The notes under the pieces: generated by a model
The model's input: the letters and a program-made list of their open reading frames with translations, nothing else
What the model was told of the DNA's origin: nothing
Database searches by the model: none
Position numbers and translations under genes: made by a program
Source: an uncultured Methanoregulaceae archaeon
GTDB lineage: Archaea; Halobacteriota; Methanomicrobia; Methanomicrobiales; Methanospirillaceae
Length of the DNA stretch: 64,000 nt
Direction: 5' to 3'
NCBI GenBank assembly: GCA_963841015.1
Contig: CAWJAX010000005.1
Location: 416,001 to 480,000 of the forward strand
Shown here: piece after piece, positions 42,883 to 51,781 of the stretch
How positions within the stretch are numbered: position 1 is the first letter of the stretch
How the letters are laid out: each line of letters begins with the position of its first letter

Positions 42883-43389
42883 TCAATCTGCCCCCTCGAG
42901 GGTGAATTTCCACGAACAAAACGGCGTCCTGGGCAGGGTTTCGGGTGGGCACGACAGGCACTCAGTTATTATACGGGCATCAATAGTGCGGGCAAACACA
43001 GGAAATTCGACCAGCCCGACTGATCTGCAGGGAAACTCCGGCATCCCCTTTCTTTTTCGGGTTGTCTGCACCCGGCAGGTTTTCAGAGTAACAATGAGAG
43101 TTTTTTCGTCCGTCCGGAGAATCTCCAGCTCATTGAGGAGGGAAATAAGCCGGTTCTTAAACGCGATTTCCAGCGCATCCAGTCCGCCTTTATCCGGAAG
43201 GAAAAGCCGTTCCTTTATCCGCCGGGCCTCAATAACGGCAAATTGCTCCCAGACCTGCCTGTCCATGGCAAGGGCTGCATCCATGCCGTTTGCCTGCTCA
43301 ACAGCCTGGAACCAGAGGCCGTCCATCGCAACCCAGTTCTTTGCTGCGTCAGTGAGCGCTTGTGACACCACTTCCTGCACCGGTCTCAT
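42883..43389 (-). CDS. DUF6125-like protein (HNOX/V4R-like fold, conserved Cys)
   Basis: W.AMDGLWF..VE, CRVQ..R.RKG...FPC, C.SCPP, C.W.F. Confidence 0.65.
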   Translation of the reverse strand: MRPVQEVVSQALTDAAKNWVAMDGLWFQAVEQANGMDAALAMDRQVWEQFAVIEARRIKERLFLPDKGGLDALEIAFKNRLISLLNELEILRTDEKTLIVTLKTCRVQTTRKRKGMPEFPCRSVGLVEFPVFARTIDARIITECLSCPPETLPRTPFCSWKFTLEGAD

Positions 43390-43438
43390 CTATGGTGCAT
43401 GGACTGCGGAAGGGCAAAAATCTGCCGGCTGGTTGCGA

Positions 43439-44353
43439 TCACCTGTCTGCGTCCAGCTGCACCTGGATCCGTCCTGCAACAGACTCAGCGGTCTTATCGA
43501 GTGGGAAAAGCCGGATATCTTCTGCAGAGGCAACACCCACCCCAAGTTGAGCAGCTCTGGCTATCTGCTCCTGTTCAAAAATCCTGCCTTCCATCACATC
43601 ACGCATAGTCCCGTACGAACGGAGCAGGGCAACTCCTACCGCATCGATGGCCACCCGGTCAGTACCGGCAATGATTACTTCCGGGTGAATGAGCTTACCC
43701 GTATCCGGCCCTCCGGTCGCAAAACCCTCCGTTGCATCCATAACGATGAGGTCTGTGCGGTAGAATTTGTTGATCTCTGCGATCATCAGCCGCTGGTGGG
43801 GTGAGCTGTGCAGTTCACCCATGAAATCATAGTTGACTTTGGGAACCCGTTTTGCGATAAGACCTACAGAATTTTTCAGTGACATGGTGAAATGCCCGCC
43901 GAACCGGTGAGTCTTGAGGCAGCAGGTTTGTATCACTCTGTCAGCCTGTGCAACAATGCCCGCAATAAAAAAACCCCGGGACCAGTGCAGACCGGGAGCC
44001 TGGATCTCTCTCCAGCCGGTGCGTTCGAGTTCATCGAGGACAACTGTTGAAAACCCCCGATCCTGTGCCAGTGCAATAACTCCCCTTGTTTCCAGCACAC
44101 CGCGGGTATTCCCCATCCCGCTGCGTTCGGCAAGGATGAGCTTTTTGGGCTTTTCTGCAAGGATTGCTGAACAGAGAGCATCCAGTACGTCTATATGAGT
44201 GGATGCAGGTGGAGGATCTGCACTATTGTAATTTGCCTTGAGAGTGATGTCAGAATCCGAAAAAACCGACATGTCAAAGTCCTTCAGAACACGCTGCACG
44301 CCAATGATGCGATCCGATGCATTGGCAATGAATATCTCAGAATTCCCTCCCAT
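43439..44353 (-). CDS. DUF362 domain protein
   Basis: LKANYNSA, LKTH..., TMSLKN.VG, D.VA.DA. Confidence 0.8.
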   Translation of the reverse strand: MGGNSEIFIANASDRIIGVQRVLKDFDMSVFSDSDITLKANYNSADPPPASTHIDVLDALCSAILAEKPKKLILAERSGMGNTRGVLETRGVIALAQDRGFSTVVLDELERTGWREIQAPGLHWSRGFFIAGIVAQADRVIQTCCLKTHRFGGHFTMSLKNSVGLIAKRVPKVNYDFMGELHSSPHQRLMIAEINKFYRTDLIVMDATEGFATGGPDTGKLIHPEVIIAGTDRVAIDAVGVALLRSYGTMRDVMEGRIFEQEQIARAAQLGVGVASAEDIRLFPLDKTAESVAGRIQVQLDADR

Positions 44354-44476
44354 AGGTATCCCTTGAGTATCCGTAACCTTCCTCAAGATAAGAAATCTTG
44401 CACTCTACGATATTTACCAAATAAACAACACAATCTCTCGATGATGGAGAGATCTGTGACATTAAAATCGGCTCTG

Positions 44477-44692
44477 TCACTTTTCCTGTTTCCCTTCTTT
44501 TTCAATCCTGGAAACTGCAGTGTCACATTAACCGGGATCGATCTCTATGCCGATGCCGTTTCGGTTGCACTGCGATGCAGCAACAAGTGTTGAACCGCTT
44601 CCCATGAACGGGTCAAGCACGGTGTCTCCGATAAATGAGAAAAGTTTTATGCAACGAAGCGGCAGTTCGACTGGGAACGGTGCGGGATGACT
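44477..44692 (-). pseudogene. 3' remnant of a beta-class DNA methyltransferase
   Basis: Manual translation SHPAPFPVELPLRCIKLFSFIGDTVLDPFMGSGSTLVAASQCNRNGIGIEIDPG*CDTAVSRIEKEGKQEK*; no start codon, internal TAA at 44528-44530. Confidence 0.88.
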
Positions 44693-44755
44693 TTTTTGAT
44701 TTTTAATGATTCATTCTTTTAGATGAGTGATTTTATATAATTACCTCGTTGTATT

Positions 44756-45316
44756 ATGATTGTGGCATTAGATGAAGATCAACAATCAAAACGGTCGACT
44801 TCTGGATATAAGTTTGAAAAAAAGATCTTCGCTGAATTAGAATCGAATATTGGGAAATCACTTAAAGGTAAAGGATGTATTCTCGTATATGGGAGAGAGA
44901 TAGGGTTTAAAGTAAAATATCCTGAGATATGGAGATCGTTATCGATTCGTACACCTATAGGATGTTGCACTGGGGATACAGATATAATAATATTTGATGA
45001 TCGACGAAAAGAGCCATATGCTATAATAAGTTGCAAAACTTCTTTTCGAGAAAGAATTACGGAATCGCTATACTATATGCGCTTCTATAAGACCTGTTAT
45101 CATCGATTTTTATTATTTGTAGTGACGGAAGATATCGGATATACTAGAAAAGGAAAATGGCGATCAGAACTAGGGACCAGTGAGAAACCCACAAAAATCC
45201 GAGTATTGGCAGAAAAAGAAGGAGTCTCAATATATTCCACCAATTCAAAAACAGATTTTGGTGGATGTGTAAAACCACGAATAAAATTAGAATCTGATAT
45301 TATGAATTATGTATGA
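44756..45316 (+). CDS. Type II restriction endonuclease, PD-(D/E)XK fold, BsaWI/EcoRII-like
   Basis: QSKRSTSGYKFE, DTDIII, ISCKTSFRER motifs; AT-rich; convergent with a methyltransferase. Confidence 0.72.
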   Translation: MIVALDEDQQSKRSTSGYKFEKKIFAELESNIGKSLKGKGCILVYGREIGFKVKYPEIWRSLSIRTPIGCCTGDTDIIIFDDRRKEPYAIISCKTSFRERITESLYYMRFYKTCYHRFLLFVVTEDIGYTRKGKWRSELGTSEKPTKIRVLAEKEGVSIYSTNSKTDFGGCVKPRIKLESDIMNYV

Positions 45317-45382
45317 TTTTCCTAAATAATGATATACCAAATATTGGATGTGAATGAAAAAAGGGTTATTTTTCATTATAAT

Positions 45383-46438
45383 TTACCGCGACTCGTAACG
45401 ATGAACACCTTTTTTTACCCAGATTAACTTTCCTCTCTCGAAAAGATTTCTAATTTTTCGTTCAAAATAATTAATGCCGAATCCCGTTTTTGCTCTATAC
45501 TCATTATTGATCCATTCGCTCACTTCTGCATAATTTATATCTCGATTTGGATTCTCTTCGAAATATTGCATTATTGCACCAATTTGAGTAGTTTGTTCTG
45601 TTGTTTTTTGATGTTTTTTTGGTAATTCCTTGTAATGATTTAGATTAGTTTGTTCCAAACCTGCTTCTTTTTTCAATCGTTCGAGTGCAATTTCACAATA
45701 CCGTGTATCAATTTCTATACCAATTCCTTTTCGATTTAAAAGATAAGAGGCAACAAGAGTCGATCCACTTCCTAAAAATGGATCGAGAACCGTATCCCCT
45801 TTAAAGCTAAAGAGTTGAATGCATCGTTTTGGAAGTTCAACAGGGAATGGTGCCGGGTGTCCTATTTTCTTTTTACTTTCACCACTAAAAGTCCACAATC
45901 CATTTGTCCAATCCATAAAATCTTTTTTCTCTATTGTTGACTCTTTTGAACCACTAGTTTTTTTCCATTCTTTTTTGTAAAAAACAACAATTAACTCAAC
46001 TGGGGCAATGACATATGGAGCAGACGCGCTCTTAAACGACCCCCACGCGGTCCTTCGAGAGATATTTCCCTCGTTCCAAATAATTGTAGAATGATATTTA
46101 AATTTGAGTTTTTTTGCAATAGTTGTTAAGTCAGCTCCAACACTTTGCTGACCTCCTTTATTTTTATCTAGAGGGATATTCAGACAAAATCGTCCGTCGT
46201 CTTTGAGCCAATTGTAACAAAGTCGCATCCATTTCTTACTGAATTCTTTATAATCATCATAAGTGAGTTGATCATCATGAGAATTATATTTTATATCGAC
46301 ATTATACGGTGGCGATGTGACAATTAGATCTATAGATTTTGGTTTAATTGCATCGGTTTTAAACACGCTATCATTAATTATGAGCAATCTATCATTCTCA
46401 CAAAAAATTTTATTATCCAATATTTTTACCTCTTTCAA
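45383..46438 (-). CDS. Beta-class DNA methyltransferase (probably N4-cytosine) with C-terminal extension
   Basis: TSPPY, NISRRTAWGS, HPAPFP, DPFLGSGST; AT-rich; TTG start. Confidence 0.9.
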   Translation of the reverse strand: MKEVKILDNKIFCENDRLLIINDSVFKTDAIKPKSIDLIVTSPPYNVDIKYNSHDDQLTYDDYKEFSKKWMRLCYNWLKDDGRFCLNIPLDKNKGGQQSVGADLTTIAKKLKFKYHSTIIWNEGNISRRTAWGSFKSASAPYVIAPVELIVVFYKKEWKKTSGSKESTIEKKDFMDWTNGLWTFSGESKKKIGHPAPFPVELPKRCIQLFSFKGDTVLDPFLGSGSTLVASYLLNRKGIGIEIDTRYCEIALERLKKEAGLEQTNLNHYKELPKKHQKTTEQTTQIGAIMQYFEENPNRDINYAEVSEWINNEYRAKTGFGINYFERKIRNLFERGKLIWVKKGVHRYESR

Positions 46439-46547
46439 ATATTGGAGATTTTACCTAAATTAGTTATGTAATTATGCCTCTTCTAAAAATTCACTTAGGT
46501 CATTTTTAAGGTATGAAGCAAATCTGAAAAAAAGAAATTATATCGTG

Positions 46548-47330
46548 TCAAAGTGTACTGTCTGCCGCTTTCAGCTGTGCCTGCAGGTCCATCTGGTATC
46601 CCACAACGGTGGTTCGGAATTGCTGTTTAAGCAGTCTCAACCCGCCGTTTATTGATAATAACCTCCCGTCCTTGTTCTGGAGAAGGGCTTTTTCCAGCTC
46701 AGCATGTTGCACATCAATCTGCGATGAAAGAGTTTTAGGATAGGTGACATCCATACCATGAAGGCTGAGGTCATCGAGAATCGCAGTGCGCCGTTCAGAA
46801 CTCTGGCTGAAAACCATGAACCGTGTGTTCTGACTGGCGAGCCACGATGAGTACTTTAAGGAATTGAATGAATTCTCAACTGGATGCAGTGAAGCTTCAG
46901 CGCTCGATCGCATCTCACTGGTACTACCATTAAACATCGCCATCTGAACATTAGTCTCATCCACAAACAATATGCTCTGGTACCGCATCTCCTCGCGGGC
47001 TTCAGTGACCTCCTCAACAGTGCGCATCACGGGAACGGTGAAGGCAGCCGTCAGGTAATCCTCCTGAATCTGCCGCAGGCCAGCTGTTCCGGTGCCCCCG
47101 CTTATCTTGTCAATGTAGGTAATCACACCGTCCATCCGGGCCTGCTGGGTCTTTCCAACATAGGCAACATGCATCTTGAGCGGTGACAGGAGTTCAGCGC
47201 TGTCCTGGTTGAGATAATTCTGGCTGCGGGACTGGCCGGTGCTTTCGGTTACTGCCCCGACCATCGGAACAAAAAGTACACTTAAGAAAAGAAGAATCAA
47301 CCCCTTCCTGAGAATGTCCAAACTGTTCAC
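46548..47330 (-). CDS. Hypothetical secreted helical protein
   Basis: Signal-peptide-like N-terminus; 260 aa; host-like composition. Confidence 0.6.
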   Translation of the reverse strand: MNSLDILRKGLILLFLSVLFVPMVGAVTESTGQSRSQNYLNQDSAELLSPLKMHVAYVGKTQQARMDGVITYIDKISGGTGTAGLRQIQEDYLTAAFTVPVMRTVEEVTEAREEMRYQSILFVDETNVQMAMFNGSTSEMRSSAEASLHPVENSFNSLKYSSWLASQNTRFMVFSQSSERRTAILDDLSLHGMDVTYPKTLSSQIDVQHAELEKALLQNKDGRLLSINGGLRLLKQQFRTTVVGYQMDLQAQLKAADSTL

Positions 47331-47505
47331 GAACTGTGCCCTCCGTTAAAACACACAATTTCTTGTAGATGGTTCTCTGATTTTTACTGATGGGATATCG
47401 TGGTAAATATTACGAGGATGCATAATGGTATTTTTTATTCCTTCAGAATGCATCGATCGAACTATCCGGTTCATCCATCTCCGCGGCAATCGCTGCTCGG
47501 TGTTT

Positions 47506-47685
47506 TTATGATGGTAATCCTTGTGTTCTGAATACTTCACACAGATCCGGTGCGGAAACGCTTTTTGCAATTGTGCATGTACAATACGAAGAGCACGCAT
47601 TGCATACCGATGCAACAGAGTTCAGTAATTCCTCACTGTAGAGTACTGCTGAAATGCGGTACGCCTCTTTGCCGTCACCACACAT
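47506..47685 (-). CDS. Putative small cysteine-rich protein (59 aa)
   Basis: ATG after GGGGGT; CNACSSYCTC cluster; AT-rich promoter-like tract upstream. Confidence 0.35.
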   Translation of the reverse strand: MCGDGKEAYRISAVLYSEELLNSVASVCNACSSYCTCTIAKSVSAPDLCEVFRTQGLPS

Positions 47686-48805
47686 ACATAGACCCCCGGT
47701 TTTTTCGAACCACAAAAATACTCATGATCATTGCTATCACACTATTCCGATAAATGTTCATTATTTCTTAATAGTTAATAAACATATTTATTTTTAAAAA
47801 AGCTCATTTTTATTCATATTTGATAAAATTTTAGCAAATATTATTTATTTAACTCTCTTAAAGAAAAAAATATAATAATGTCACTGGATAAAAAAAAGAA
47901 CTCTTTTGTCCATGGAATCCATTGAGAGATCCATGATCAGATACCCTTTATTTTTCAGATAGATTCTGCAGTTTTTTCTTTTTTCCCGCTGACTGCAAGT
48001 TGTGTGGTATGCCCCAGGATCCCGCTCCAGGAGACAGGAACCCGAACGGATCTCACCGACCAAAACTGATGACCTCTACCTGCAACCCACTTTTTGGGCA
48101 TAATCTCTTCTCATATTCTAAATATGGTTTAAAATGGCAATACGACCTCAATTCTGGCATCTTCTCTTTTTAGCAGGTCAGAACCAACCGGCCTGAATGG
48201 GGTCTTTTTGCTCACCAATTTTCTTATAACGGGTTTACGGGCGTAGAATCAGGAATAACCGATAATAGTGGGAGAAAAACCGGCCTGTTTATTCCTATTT
48301 GGGAGGCGAATCTCAGTTTTTATTGCCGGGAGTATAGGGAAGGGGAAAAGGGACAAAAACGGGGGTTTGGGGGATCTGGATTCTTGGGATCCGGGACATA
48401 AGGAGATACATTCGGCTCGTGATGAAATACCCTCAATGCAGGCCTATTTTGACAAAATGATCGAATCAGGATTTCAGCAGATAGCAGGAAATCGTAAATT
48501 ACAGGCCACTTTTTTTGCGATCTTGGATTTTTAGAGTTTACCGGAAAAAAGGCTGGAATCCGAGATTGAAAAATATCCCTAAAGACCCTTTTGGGAAGCA
48601 AATCTCTTTTTTAATAGCCTGGTGCAGGGGAAAGATAAAAAATGGTTTTTTTGGGGATACCGGTTTTGAGGATCAGCAAGGAAGTATACCGGGGATTTTG
48701 GTCTGTATCAAAAAAAATTTCTGTTGAAACGGCAAATCAACTGATCCAATCGGCAGGTCTTTTATCAATTTCCGTGAAGGATCCTCAAACCCCGGTACGT
48801 GCGCA

Positions 48806-49294
48806 TCAGGTATTTTTTGTTACTTCAACCGGATCGATATTCGCATCTATCAGACAATCGAATGAAACGGTTGAAAGCCATCCGGCTTTTTCAAACATAT
48901 GCATGAAGCAGACCCCGATAATCAGTGCTCCGGAGTGCCGGTCAATTACTGCTTTTACCTGCTCTGCTTTTACTGGCACGTTGGGCATGGAGAGACCGCC
49001 CATGATGACAATTGCCTTTGGCTTCACACTCCCTGTGGCAGCACCTGCCTGCATCCCGATATCGGGAACATGATGGATCTTGTGCGCCTTGCTCTCGTCG
49101 ACCATGGGAACAAAGACCTGTTCGAGTTCCAGCGAGCGGACAGCAAACCCGAGCAACTCGACAAACGGTGTGCACGTCCCCGGCACACCGTAATAGACGA
49201 TCTGGTCGCCTTTTTTTAATCCTTTCTTCTCTATATATTCTTTAAACGGGCGCAGGATTCCCGGGACACCGTGAAATACCTCTTTTGTGGTCAT
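48806..49294 (-). CDS. Conserved methanogen protein (DUF2124-like)
   Basis: G.PGTCTPF.EL, GGL.MP, GVCFM.MF. Confidence 0.75.
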   Translation of the reverse strand: MTTKEVFHGVPGILRPFKEYIEKKGLKKGDQIVYYGVPGTCTPFVELLGFAVRSLELEQVFVPMVDESKAHKIHHVPDIGMQAGAATGSVKPKAIVIMGGLSMPNVPVKAEQVKAVIDRHSGALIIGVCFMHMFEKAGWLSTVSFDCLIDANIDPVEVTKNT

Positions 49295-49485
49295 ATAGAT
49301 CTACACTTCCCTACTGATATGATAAAAATTACCCGGGCTGGAGCACACAACCATGATAATTCGATTCGGGTGTGTACTTATAACGAACGGTGACGGGTGA
49401 GGTAGCGGCTGGAAAAATCCCCTCAAGTGTTTGAGAGGCACTATGGCATAACCAAAAATAAGAACGCAATCTGTGAAAAAAAAAT

Positions 49486-50412
49486 TTAGATGTAGGGATT
49501 GCGGAGAGCCTTACCCACACCAAAAGTTGCACGCTCTTCGAGCGTCTTTTTGTTCTTTGAGATCTTCTCGTTTGCCAGTTTGGTAACGAGTTCAAGACCG
49601 GGCTTGACCTTCTCGATTGGCTGGGTCTCAAAGCATCCTGCTGCCATTGCCTTGCCCCAGACCGAGTCACCGATCTTGGACCTGACAAAGACGGTGCTCC
49701 ATCCATCGGGACTGCCGACAGATCCGGTTGAGATGTCACCGAGGTTGGCGACATAGTCAAGACAGACATGGCATCCGGGCTGCTCGTACTTGTGGGTCAC
49801 CTTCAGCGGCAACTGGACTACCTGTCCGCGTTTGCCGTAGACCCAGAACTTGCCCTTGCCGATCTCCATCTTCTTGACAGATTCCATCTTCATGGCTGCA
49901 TGATCTTCCACGAGCTGGAGGATACTCTGGTACGGGAAGTTCTCCATACAGAAGATACCGACTGCGAGTGCAATGCTGGCTCCGACATCGCGGGCACCGA
50001 TCGGGTAGAGCTGGAGTTTCCTGATTGCCTGCATCTGGCAGGGGGTTCCGACAATACCGACCTTGTCCAGACCGAAGCTGCGGGTTGCTTCCTTGATCAT
50101 GGACACATTCGGGCTGATATTATACTTGGTGCCTGCTGCTGCAAGCAGTTCAGCCTTGGTGTTTACGATCGCTGGAATTGGTCTCCAGGGCTCGATCATA
50201 TCCCAGTTTGAATTGTCCATCATGACCTTTGACGGGTGCTTTGCTGCGAATTCCTTTGATGCAGCAACGATTGCACCGTCAATGATACCTTCGTCGAGCG
50301 CAAATGCAAACAGCGAGGTGACGATACCGCCATCCTGGGCGTGCTTGAGAAGCTCCTTATCGGTGCTTCGGGCTGAGACGCATGATTTATAAATTCCAAG
50401 TTCTGCTCCCAT
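49486..50412 (-). CDS. frhB: F420-reducing hydrogenase subunit beta
   Basis: AQDGG.VT, GTKY, GTPCQ, FCMENF, C..C.DY, GSVGSPDGWS. Confidence 0.96.
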   Translation of the reverse strand: MGAELGIYKSCVSARSTDKELLKHAQDGGIVTSLFAFALDEGIIDGAIVAASKEFAAKHPSKVMMDNSNWDMIEPWRPIPAIVNTKAELLAAAGTKYNISPNVSMIKEATRSFGLDKVGIVGTPCQMQAIRKLQLYPIGARDVGASIALAVGIFCMENFPYQSILQLVEDHAAMKMESVKKMEIGKGKFWVYGKRGQVVQLPLKVTHKYEQPGCHVCLDYVANLGDISTGSVGSPDGWSTVFVRSKIGDSVWGKAMAAGCFETQPIEKVKPGLELVTKLANEKISKNKKTLEERATFGVGKALRNPYI

Positions 50413-50423
50413 GTTAAGTCACC

Positions 50424-51308
50424 TCACTGGAGTGCCGCCATTATGGCCTCGTTGATCGCTTCATAATTCGATACCACATCAAAGCTGAACCAGCTCCGCG
50501 GGCACTGGTTGTAACAGGCTCCGCACTTGATGCACAGATCGCGCTCGCCCTGTGGTTTGCCATACTCGTGGGTAATGGCATTGACCGGGCAGGCTGATGC
50601 GCAGCTGCCGCATCCCATGCACAGGCCCTGGTTGATGACATTGGTCATCAGGTCGCAGAAGCATGCGCTGGTCCCCTTGTCCGCGGCCATCATCAATGGC
50701 TTGAGGAAGGCAGTTGCAAGATCCTTTTGTTCTTTTGTCCCCTTGAGGAGCAGGTATGCCATTACGGCGACATTCCTGATCATCTGGGGGGTCGGTGCGC
50801 AACCGGGGATGAAAACATCGACCTTGATAAGGTCCCCGATTGGCAGGTATGCCTCATGTGCGGGCTGGTTCTGCTGACCACCGCGGCAGAACCGGGTGAT
50901 ATTTCCATAAGCCGCACAGCCACCGAGTGCTACCACTACGGTTGACTTTTCACGGGTTTCTTTAATCTCTTCTACTGCAAGTTTGTCGTTAATACAAACT
51001 GAACCCTCGACGAATGAAACATCGACCTTCTGGATATGCCTTGCGTCTGCAAGTGTTGGCATGTACTTAAGGTCAACATACTTGTCGAGGAGTGTTAATA
51101 ATCCGGCGTAGTTGTCTGCTAATGCCACAGTACAACCGGTACACCCACTCAGGTGCGTGTAGCCTACTGTAATTTTATCTGCCACAGGCTTAACCTCCTT
51201 TTTTGTTGCTTCCGTTTTTGTTCCCACGTCAGCGGGTTTCGGTGGAGCCGCAGCTTTTGGCGGTTCCTCGCTGGCGCTCTTCTTGAAGACACTTGATAGT
51301 AGTCCCAT
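50424..51308 (-). CDS. frhG: F420-reducing hydrogenase subunit gamma (alternative start GTG at 51185)
   Basis: HLSGCTGC, GGCAAYG, PGCAP and two ferredoxin CxxCxxCxxxCP motifs. Confidence 0.95.
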   Translation of the reverse strand: MGLLSSVFKKSASEEPPKAAAPPKPADVGTKTEATKKEVKPVADKITVGYTHLSGCTGCTVALADNYAGLLTLLDKYVDLKYMPTLADARHIQKVDVSFVEGSVCINDKLAVEEIKETREKSTVVVALGGCAAYGNITRFCRGGQQNQPAHEAYLPIGDLIKVDVFIPGCAPTPQMIRNVAVMAYLLLKGTKEQKDLATAFLKPLMMAADKGTSACFCDLMTNVINQGLCMGCGSCASACPVNAITHEYGKPQGERDLCIKCGACYNQCPRSWFSFDVVSNYEAINEAIMAALQ

Positions 51309-51768
51309 AATCAACTCCAATAATTTCCAGTATCACCTGAATTGTCTTAGGAATTGCTTTCTGAAGTTCTTCAGAGAGCCCGAGTTCGAACTCAGGGGAT
51401 GTAATCCGTGCTGGCTGACACCCGATGATCGTAATCTCAACCCGGTCTTTGATGCGCTGGAGCGGTTCGGCAAGATCCCATGAATGGGCATCCCTGTACG
51501 CGCCCGGCGGCAGATCTTCGACACGGAGTTTTGTGATGGATCCCGGTTCGGCACCATAATCAGCAATATCGACGATTATCAGTTTTTTCGTCACTTCCGG
51601 GTCGAGCAGGGTAAAAATAAAATGCGGGCCTCCAAGACCCGCATCCACTATCATTACATTGTCGGGAAGCGAGAGATTCTGCATCTCTTCGATTACTGCA
51701 GGACCAAAGCCGTCATCGGCAAACAGGGGGTTTCCACACCCTGCAATAACGATCTCCGGATAAAGCAT
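51229..51768 (-). CDS. frhD: Hydrogenase maturation protease FrhD
   Basis: GCGNPLFADDGFG, VDAG, DAH. Confidence 0.93.
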   Translation of the reverse strand: MLYPEIVIAGCGNPLFADDGFGPAVIEEMQNLSLPDNVMIVDAGLGGPHFIFTLLDPEVTKKLIIVDIADYGAEPGSITKLRVEDLPPGAYRDAHSWDLAEPLQRIKDRVEITIIGCQPARITSPEFELGLSEELQKAIPKTIQVILEIIGVDYGTTIKCLQEERQRGTAKSCGSTETR

Positions 51769-51781
51769 AATCGGGTTACAC

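Noticed and set aside
42902-43804. 300-aa plus-strand ORF
   Set aside because: Antisense to the DUF6125-like and DUF362 genes; no recognisable domain
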